This document shows positions 53,601 through 64,000 of a DNA stretch of 64,000 nt, piece by piece. The position numbers were made by a program, and so were the translations under genes. Location of the stretch: the NCBI GenBank assembly GCA_964057225.1, contig OZ059895.1, forward strand, positions 22,878,001 to 22,942,000, read 5' to 3'. The stretch's first letter is position 1, and each line of letters begins with the position of its first letter. The stretch is from Auanema rhodensis (Eukaryota; Animalia; Nematoda). The notes under the pieces were generated by a model, which was not told where the DNA came from, searched no databases, and was given only the letters and a program-made list of their open reading frames with translations.

Positions 53601-56600
53601 ATTTTTTCGAAAAATTTCAAAATAATTTAGCAAAAAGTAGATGTTTTTAGATTCCTTTTTTCAAGGCAAAGACGATGGACAATGTTATTCAACGAAAAAA
53701 TTAATTCTTCAGGGTGAAAATCGAGGATATAAGTGTAAACTTATATCAGTTGATATCTCGGTGCATTTTTAAGCTAGCGCAAATCTGATAACACAGATCG
53801 ACGCAGCTTAAAAATCCGCATCGAATGCACTATACTACATGGAGAAACGCTTAATACAAAAATTAGTTATGATCGTTTGAAAAATGATGCATTAGTGTAT
53901 GTTGAGTTTCCATGTACACTCAACAATGCTTCCAAAAACATTTTGACAAAAATTTTTTCGAAAAATTTCAAAATAATTTAGCAAAAAGTAGATGTTTTTA
54001 GATTCCTTTTTTCAAGGCAAAGACGATGGACAATGTTATTCAACGAAAAAATTATTCCTTCAGGGTGAAAATCGAGGATATAAGTGTGAACTTATATCAG
54101 TTGATATCTCGGTGCATTTTTAAGCTAGCGCAAATCTGATAACACAGATCGACGCAGCTTAAAAATCCGCATCGAATGCACTATACTACATTGAGAAACG
54201 CTTAATACAAAAATTAGTTATGATCGTTTGAAAAATGATGCATTAGTGTATGTTGAGTTTCCATGTACACTCAACAATGCTTCCAAAAACATTTTGACAA
54301 AAATTTTTTGGAAAAATTTCAAAATAATTTAGCAAAAAGTAGATGTTTTTAGATTCCTTTTTTCAAGGCAAAGACGATGGACAATGTTATTCAACGAAAA
54401 AATTATTCCTTCAGGGTGAAAATCGAGGATATAAGTGTGAACTTATATCAGTTGATATCTCGGTGCATTTTTAAGCTAGCGCAAATCTGATAACACAGAT
54501 CGACGCAGCTTAAAAATCCGCATCGAATGCACTATACTACATTGAGAAACGCTTAATACAAAAATTAGTTATGATCGTTTGAAAAATGATGCATTAGTGT
54601 ATGTTGAGTTTCCATGTACACTCAACAATGCTTCCAAAAACATTTTGACAAAAATTTTTTGGAAAAATTTCAAAATAATTTAGCAAAAAGTAGATGTTTT
54701 TAGATTCCTTTTTTCATGGCAAAGACGATGGACAATGTTATTCAACGAAAAAATTATTCCTTCAGGGTGAAAATCGAGGATATAAGTGTGAACTTATATC
54801 AGTTGATATCTCGGTGCATTTTTAAGCTAGCGCAAATCTGATAACACAGATCGACGCAGCTTAAAAATCCGCATCGAATGCACTAAACTACATTGAGAAA
54901 CGCTTGATACAAAAATTAGTTATGATCGTTTGAAAAATGATGCATTAGTGTATGTTGAGTTTCCATGTACACTCAACATTGCTTCCAAAAACATTTTGAC
55001 AAAAATTTTTTCGAAAAATTTCAAAATAATTTAGCAAAAAGTAGATGTTTTTAGATTCCTTTTTTCAAGGCAAAGACGATGGACAATGTTATTCAACGAA
55101 AAAATTATTCCTTCAGGGTGAAAATCGAGGATATAAGTGTGAACTTATATCAGTTGATATCTCGGTGCATTTTTAAGCTAGCGCAAATCTGATAACACAG
55201 ATCGACGCAGCTTAAAAATCCGCATCGAATGCACTATACTACATTGAGAAACGCTTAATACAAAAATTAGTTATGATCGTTTGAAAAATGATGCATTAGT
55301 GTATGTTGAGTTTCCATGTACACTCAACATTGCTTCCAAAAACATTTTGACAAAAATTTTTTCGAGAAATTTCAAAATAATTTAGCAAAAAGTAGATGTT
55401 TTTAGATTCCTTTTTTCAAGGCAAAGACGATGGACAATGTTATTCAACGAAAAAATTATTCCTTCAGGGTGAAAATCGAGGATATAAGTGTGAACTTATA
55501 TCAGTTGATATCTCGGTGCATTTTTAAGCTAGCGCAAATCTGATAACACAGATCGACGCAGCTTAAAAATCCGCATCGAATGCACTATACTACATTGAGA
55601 AACGCTTAATACAAAAATTAGTTATGATCGTTTGAAAAATGATGCATTAGTGTATGTTGAGTTTCCATGTACACTCAACAATGCTTCCAAAAACATTTTG
55701 ACAAAAATTTTTTCGAAAAATTTCAAAATAATTTAGCAAAAAGTAGATGTTTTTAGATTCCTTTTTTCCAGGCAAAGACGATGGACAATGTTATTCAACG
55801 AAAAAATTATTCCTTCAGGGTGAAAATCGAGGATATAAGTGTGAACTTATATCAGTTGATATCTCGGTGCATTTTTAAGCTAGCGCAAATCTGATAACAC
55901 AGATCGACGCAGCTTAAAAATCCGCATCGAATACACTATACTACATTGAGAAACGCTTAATACAAAAATTAGTTATGATCGTTTGAAAAATGATGCATTA
56001 GTGTATGTTGAGTTTCCATGTACACTCAACAATGCTTCCAAAAACATTTTGACAAAAATTTTTTGGAAAAATTTCAAAATAATTTAGCAAAAAGTAGATG
56101 TTTTTAGATTCCTTTTTTCATGGCAAAGACGATGGACAATGTTATTCAACGAAAAAATTAATTCTTCAGGGTGAAAATCGAGGATATAAGTGTGAACTTA
56201 TATCAGTTGATATCTCGGTGCATTTTTAAGCTAGCGCAAATCTGATAACACAGATCGACGCAGCTTAAACATCCGCATCGAATGCACTATACTACATTGA
56301 GAAACGCTTAATACAAAAAATAGTTATGATCGTTTGAAAAATGATGCATTAGTGTATGTTGAGTTTCCATGTACACTCAACAATGCTTCCAAAAACATTT
56401 TGACAAAAATTTTTTCGAAAAATTTCAAAATAATTTAGCAAAAAGTAGATGTTTTTAGATTCCTTTTTTCAAGGCAAAGACGATGGACAATGTTATTCAA
56501 CGAAAAAATTATTCCTTCAGGGTGAAAATCGAGGATATAAGTGTGAACTTATATCAGTTGATATCTCGGTGCATTTTTAAGCTAGCGCAAATCTGATAAC

Positions 56601-59600
56601 ACAGATCGACGCAGCTTAAAAATCCGCATCGAATACACTATACTACATTGAGAAACGCTTAATACAAAAATTAGTTATGATCGTTTGAAAAATGATGCAT
56701 TAGTGTATGTTGAGTTTCCATGTACACTCAACAATGCTTCCAAAAACATTTTGACAAAAATTTTTTGGAAAAATTTCAAAATAATTTAGCAAAAAGTAGA
56801 TGTTTTTAGATTCCTTTTTTCATGGCAAAGACGATGGACAATGTTATTCAACGAAAAAATTAATTCTTCAGGGTGAAAATCGAGGATATAAGTGTGAACT
56901 TATATCAGTTGATATCTCGGTGCATTTTTAAGCTAGCGCAAATCTGATAACACAGATCGACGCAGCTTAAACATCCGCATCGAATGCACTATACTACATT
57001 GAGAAACGCTTAATACAAAAAATAGTTATGATCGTTTGAAAAATGATGCATTAGTGTATGTTGAGTTTCCATGTACACTCAACAATGCTTCCAAAAACAT
57101 TTTGACAAAAATTTTTTCGAAAAATTTCAAAATAATTTAGCAAAAAGTAGATGTTTTTAGATTCCTTTTTTCAAGGCAAAGACGATGGACAATGTTATTC
57201 AACGAAAAAATTATTCCTTCAGGGTGAAAATCGAGGATATAAGTGTGAACTTATATCAGTTGATATCTCGGTGCATTTTTAAGCTAGCGCAAATCTGATA
57301 ACACAGATCGACGCAGCTTAAAAATCCGCATCGAATGCACTATACTACATTGAGAAACGCTTAATACAAAAATTAGTTATGATCGTTTGAAAAATGATGC
57401 ATTAGTGTATGTTGAGTTTCCATGTACACTCAACAATGCTTCCAAAAACATTTTGACAAAAATTTTTTCGAAAAATTTCAAAATAATTTAGCAAAAAGTA
57501 GATGTTTTTAGATTCCTTTTTTCATGGCAAAGACGATGGACAATGTTATTCAACGAAAAAATCAATTCTTCAGGGTGAAAATCGAGGATATAAGTGTGAA
57601 CTTATATCAGTTGATATCTCGGTGTATTTTTAAGCTAGCGCAAATCTGATAACACAGATCGACGCAGCTTAAAAATCCGCATCGAATGCACTATACTACA
57701 TTGAGAAACGCTTAATACAAAAATTAGTTATGATCCTTTGAAAAATGATGCATTAGTGTATGTTGAGTTTCCATGTACACTCAACAATGCTTCCAAAAAC
57801 ATTTTGACAAAAATTTTTTCGAAAAATTTCAAAATAATTTAGCAAAAAGTAGATGTTTTTAGATTCCTTTTTTCAAGGCAAAGACGATGGACAATGTTAT
57901 TCAACGAAAAAATTAATTCTTCAGGGTGAAAATCGAGGATATAAGTGTGAACTTATATCAGTTGATATCTCGGTGCATTTTTAAGCTAGCGCAAATCTGA
58001 TAACACAGATCGACGCAGCTTAAAAATCCGCATCGAATGCACTATACTTCATTGAGAAACGCTTAATACAAAAATTAGTTATGATCCCTTGAAAAATGAT
58101 GCATTAGTGTATGTTGAGTTTCCATGTACACTCAACAATGCTTCCAAAAACATTTTGACAAAAATTTTTTCGAAAAATTTCAAAATAATTTAGCAGAAAG
58201 TAGATGTTTTTAGATTCCTTTTTTCAAGGCAAAGACGATGGACAATGTTATTCAACGAAAAAATTAATTCTTCAGGGTGAAAATCGAGGATATAAGTGTG
58301 AACTTATATCAGTTGATATCTCGGTGCATTTTTAAGCTAGCGCAAATCTGATAACACAGATCGACGCAGCTTAAAAATCCGCATCGAATGCACTATACTT
58401 CATTGAGAAACGCTTAATACAAAAATTAGTTATGATCCCTTGAAAAATGATGCATTAGTGTATGTTGAGTTTCCATGTACACTCAACAATGCTTCCAAAA
58501 ACATTTTGACAAAAATTTTTTCGAAAAATTTCAAAATAATTTAGCAAAAAGTAGATGTTTTTAGATTCCTTTTTTCATGGCAAAGACGATGGACAATGTT
58601 ATTCAACGAAAAAATTAATTCTTCAGGGTGAAAATCGAGGATATAAGTGTGAACTTATATCAGTTGATATCTCGGTGTATTTTTAAGCTAGCGCAAATCT
58701 GATAACACAGATCGACGCAGCTTAAAAATCCGCATCGAATGCACTATACTACATTGAGAAACGCTTAATACAAAAATTAGTTATGATCCTTTGAAAAATG
58801 ATGCATTAGTGTATGTTGAGTTTCCATGTACACTCAACAATGCTTCCAAAAACATTTTGACAAAAATTTTTTCGAAAAATTTCAAAATAATTTAGCAAAA
58901 AGTAGATGTTTTTAGATTCCTTTTTTCAAGGCAAAGACGATGGACAATGTTATTCAACGAAAAAATTAATTCTTCAGGGTGAAAATCGAGGATATATGTG
59001 TGAACTTATATCAGTTGATATCTCGGTGCATTTTTAAGCTAGCGCAAATCTGATAACACAGATCGACGCAGCTTAAAAATCCGCATCGAATGCACTATAC
59101 TTCATTGAGAAACGCTTAATACAAAAATTAGTTATGATCCCTTGAAAAATGATGCATTAGTGTATGTTGAGTTTCCATGTACACTCAACAATGCTTCCAA
59201 AAACATTTTGACAAAAATTTTTTCGAAAAATTTCAAAATAATTTAGCAAAAAGTAGATGTTTTTAGATTCCTTTTTTCAAGGCAAAGACGATGGACAATG
59301 TTATTCAACGAAAAAATTAATTCTTCAGGGTGAAAATCGAGGATATAAGTGTGAACTTATATCAGTTGATATCTCGGTGCATTTTTAAGCTAGCGCAAAT
59401 CTGATAACACAGATCGACGCAGCTTAAAAATCCGCATCGAATGCACTATACTTCATTGAGAAACGCTTAATACAAAAATTAGTTATGATCCCTTGAAAAA
59501 TGATGCATTAGTGTATGTTGAGTTTCCATGTACACTCAACAATGCTTCCAAAAACATTTTGACAAAAATTTTTTCGAAAAATTTCAAAATAATTTAGCAA

Positions 59601-62600
59601 AAAGTAGATGTTTTTAGATTCCTTTTTTCAAGGCAAAGACGATGGACAATGTTATTCAACGAAAAAATTATTCCTTCAGGGTGAAAATCGAGGATATAAG
59701 TGTGAACTTATATCAGTTGATATCTCGGTGCATTTTTAAGCTAGCGCAAATCTGATAACACAGATCGACGCAGCTTAAAAATCCGCATCGAATGCACTAT
59801 ACTACATTGAGAAACGCTTAATACAAAAATTAGTTATGATCGTTTGAAAAATGATGCATTAGTGTATGTTGAGTTTCCATGTACACTCAACAATGCTTCC
59901 AAAAACATTTTGACAAAAATTTTTTCGAAAAATTTCAAAATAATTTAGCAAAAAGTAGATGTTTTTAGATTCCATTTTTCAAGGCAAAGACGATGGACAA
60001 TGTTATTCAACGAAAAAATTATTCCTTCAGGGTGAAAATCGAGGATATAAGTGTGAACTTATATCAGTTGATATCTCGGTGCATTTTTAAGCTAGCGCAA
60101 ATCTGATAACACAGATCGACGCAGCTTAAAAATCCGCATCGAATGCACTAAACTACATTGAGAAACGCTTGATACAAAAATTAGTTATGATCGTTTGAAA
60201 AATGATGCATTAGTGTATGTTGAGTTTCCATGTACACTCAACATTGCTTCCAAAAACATTTTGACAAAAATTTTTTCGAAAAATTTCAAAATAATTTAGC
60301 AAAAAGTAGATGTTTTTAGATTCCTTTTTTCAAGGCAAAGACGATGGACAATGTTATTCAACGAAAAAATTATTCCTTCAGGGTGAAAATCGAGGATATA
60401 AGTGTGAACTTATATCAGTTAATATCTCGGTGCATTTTTAAGCTAGCGCAAATCTGATAACACAGATCGACGCAGCTTAAAAATCCGCATCGAATGCACT
60501 ATACTACATTGAGAAACGCTTAATACAAAAATTAGTTATGATCGTTTGAAAAATGATGCATTAGTGTATGTTGAGTTTCCATGTACACTCAACATTGCTT
60601 CCAAAAACATTTTGACAAAAATTTTTTCGAAAAATTTCAAAATAATTTAGCAAAAAGTAGATGTTTTTAGATTCCTTTTTTCAAGGCAAAGACGATGGAC
60701 AATGTTATTCAACGAAAAAATTATTCCTTCAGGGTGAAAATCGAGGATATAAGTGTGAACTTATATCAGTTGATATCTCGGTGCATTTTTAAGCTAGCGC
60801 AAATCTGATAACATAGATCGACGCAGCTTAAAAATCCGCATCGAATGCACTATACTACATGGAGAAACGCTTAATACAAAAATTAGTTATGATCGTTTGA
60901 AAAATGATGCAATAGTGTATGTTGAGTTTCCATGTACACTCAACAATGCTTCCAAAAACATTTTGACAAAAATTTTTTCGAAAAATTTCAAAATAATTTA
61001 GCAAAAAGTAGATGTTTTTAGATTCCTTTTTTCAAGGCAAAGACGATGGACAATGTTATTCAACGAAAAAATTATTCCTTCAGGGTGAAAATCGAGGATA
61101 TAAGTGTGAACTTATATCAGTTGATATCTCGGTGCATTTTTAAGCTAGCGCAAATCTGATAACACAGATCGACGCAGCTTAAAAATCCGCATCGAATGCA
61201 CTAAACTACATTGAGAAACGCTTGATACAAAAATTAGTTATGATCGTTTGAAAAATGATGCATTAGTGTATGTTGAGTTTCCATGTACACTCAACATTGC
61301 TTCCAAAAACATTTTGACAAAAATTTTTTCGAAAAATTTCAAAATAATTTAGCAAAAAGTAGATGTTTTTAGATTCCTTTTTTCAAGGCAAAGACGATGG
61401 ACAATGTTATTCAACGAAAAAATTATTCCTTCAGGGTGAAAATCGAGGATATAAGTGTGAACTTACATCAGTTGATATCTCGGTGCATTTTTAAGCTAGC
61501 GCAAATCTGATAACACAGATCGACGCAGCTTAAAAATCCGCATCGAATGCACTATACTACATGGAGAAACGCTTAATACAAAAATTAGTTATGATCGTTT
61601 GAAAAATGATGCAATAGTGTATGTTGAGTTTCCATGTACACTCAACAATGCTTCCAAAAACATTTTGACAAAAATTTTTTCGAAAAATTTCAAAATAATT
61701 TAGCAAAAAGTAGATGTTTTTAGATTCCTTTTTTCAAGGCAAAGACGATGGACAATGTTATTCAACGAAAAAATTATTCCTTCAGGGTGAAAATCGAGGA
61801 TATAAGTGTGAACTTATATCAGTTGATATCTCGGTGCATTTTTAAGCTAGCGCAAATCTGATAACACAGATCGACGCAGCTTAAAAATCCGCATCGAATG
61901 CACTAAACTACATTGAGAAACGCTTGATACAAAAATTAGTTATGATCGTTTGAAAAATGATGCATTAGTGTATGTTGAGTTTCCATGTACACTCAACATT
62001 GCTTCCAAAAACATTTTGACAAAAATTTTTTCGAAAAATTTCAAAATAATTTAGCAAAAAGTAGATGTTTTTAGATTCCTTTTTTCAAGGCAAAGACGAT
62101 GGACAATGTTATTCAACGAAAAAATTATTCCTTCAGGGTGAAAATCGAGGATATAAGTGTGAACTTATATCAGTTGATATCTCGGTGCATTTTTAAGCTA
62201 GCGCAAATCTGATAACACAGATCGACGCAGCTTAAAAATCCGCATCGAATGCACTATACTACATTGAGAAACGCTTAATACAAAAATTAGTTATGATCGT
62301 TTGAAAAATGATGCATTAGTGTATGTTGAGTTTCCATGTACACTCAACAATGCTTCCAAAAACATTTTGACAAAAATTTTTTCGAAAAATTTCAAAATAA
62401 TTTAGCAAAAAGTAGATGTTTTTAGATTCCTTTTTTCCAGGCAAAGACGATGGACAATGTTATTCAACGAAAAAATTATTCCTTCAGGGTGAAAATCGAG
62501 GATATAAGTGTGAACTTATATCAGTTGATATCTCGGTGCATTTTTAAGCTAGCGCAAATCTGATAACACAGATCGACGCAGCTTAAAAATCCGCATCGAA

Positions 62601-64000
62601 TGCACTATACTACATTGAGAAACGCTTAATACAAAAATTAGTTATGATCGTTTGAAAAATGATGCATTAGTGTATGTTGAGTTTCCATGTACACTCAACA
62701 ATGCTTCCAAAAACATTTTGACAAAAATTTTTTGGAAAAATTTCAAAATAATTTAGCAAAAAGTAGATGTTTTTAGATTCCTTTTTTCATGGCAAAGACG
62801 ATGGACAATGTTATTCAACGAAAAAATTAATTCTTCAGGGTGAAAATCGAGGATATAAGTGTGAACTTATATCAGTTGATATCTCGGTGCATTTTTAAGC
62901 TAGCGCAAATCTGATAACACAGATCGACGCAGCTTAAACATCCGCATCGAATGCACTATACTACATTGAGAAACGCTTAATACAAAAAATAGTTATGATC
63001 GTTTGAAAAATGATGCATTAGTGTATGTTGAGTTTCCATGTACACTCAACAATGCTTCCAAAAACATTTTGACAAAAATTTTTTCGAAAAATTTCAAAAT
63101 AATTTAGCAAAAAGTAGATGTTTTTAGATTCCTTTTTTCAAGGCAAAAACGATGGACAATGTTATTCAACGAAAAAATTATTCCTTCAGGGTGAAAATCG
63201 AGGATATAAGTGTGAACTTATATCAGTTGATATCTCGGTGCATTTTTAAGCTAGCGCAAATCTGATAACACAGATCGACGCAGCTTAAAAATCCGCATCG
63301 AATGCACTATACTACATTGAGAAACGCTTAATACAAAAATTAGTTATGATCGTTTGAAAAATGATGCATTAGTGTATGTTGAGTTTCCATGTACACTCAA
63401 CAATGCTTCCAAAAACATTTTGACAAAAATTTTTTCGAAAAATTTCAAAATAATTTAGCAAAAAGTAGATGTTTTTAGATTCCTTTTTTCAAGGCAAAGA
63501 CGATGGACAATGTTATTCAACGAAAAAATTAATTCTTCAGGGTGAAAATCGAGGATATAAGTGTGAACTTATATCAGTTGATATCTCGGTGCATTTTTAA
63601 GCTAGCGCAAATCTGATAACACAGATCGACGCAGCTTAAAAATCCGCATCGAATGCACTACACTACATTGAGAAACGCTTGATACAAAAGTTAGTTATGA
63701 TCGTTTGAAAAATGATGCATTAGTGTATGTTGAGTTTCCATGTACACTCAACATTGCTTCCAAAAACATTTTGACAAAAATTTTTTCGAAAAATTTCAAA
63801 ATAATTTAGCAAAAAGTAGATGTTTTTAGATTCCATTTTTCAAGGCAAAGACGATGGACAATGTTATTCAACGAAAAAATTATTCCTTCAGGGTGAAAAT
63901 CGAGGATATAAGTGTGAACTTATATCAGTTGATATCGCGGTGCATTTTTAAGCTAGCGCAAATCTGATAACACAGATCGACGCAGCTTAAAAATCCGCAT
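47667..64000 (-). repeat. Same 351-bp satellite in reverse-complement orientation, about 46.5 copies (continues beyond window end)
   Basis: From 47667 the sequence reads CAAAAAGTAGATGTTTTTAGATTCC..., the reverse complement of monomer position 306 downward. The period is 351 apart from one +1 and two -2 indels. Confidence 0.99.
53926..64000 (-). repeat. Distinct distal subfamily of the satellite
   Basis: The diagnostic CAACAATGCT (first at 53921-53930) and ATTATTCCTT (first at 54051-54060) are frequent here and were not seen upstream. Confidence 0.85.

Noticed and set aside
1-64000. CRISPR array or other repeat-spacer system (short hairpins recurring at fixed intervals)
   Set aside because: Sequence between the hairpins is the same in every unit; there are no unique spacers and no cas genes.
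47663-64000. Inversion as a fold-back or chimeric-read artefact
   Set aside because: The arms are not mirror copies at variant level, and the right arm has its own subfamily and higher-order units. A contig mis-join cannot be fully excluded without reads.

Overview
The whole 64 kb window is a single AT-rich tandem satellite array. The monomer is 351 bp and about 32% GC by hand count. No credible protein-coding gene, RNA gene, transposase or CRISPR array was found. About 136 head-to-tail monomers run on the + strand (1-47662). The array then switches strand at a sharp junction (47663-47666), and about 46.5 monomers run on the - strand to the window end. Monomers are nearly identical, typically differing at 0-6 positions. 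Reading those variant sites shows kb-scale domains of monomer subtypes, local 2-5-mer higher-order duplications, and two ~19-20-monomer (6.7-7.0 kb) duplications. A derived haplotype is shared by both sides of the inversion, and a separate subfamily begins near 53.9 kb. The monomer carries several dyad symmetries. This looks like eukaryotic, probably non-vertebrate, centromeric or heterochromatic satellite, but that is inference; organism and function cannot be determined from this window. Both supplied ORFs are single-monomer stop-loss accidents. I found no gene-encoded novel system; the interest lies in the array architecture. 'Monomer position' numbering uses window bases 1-351 as reference.
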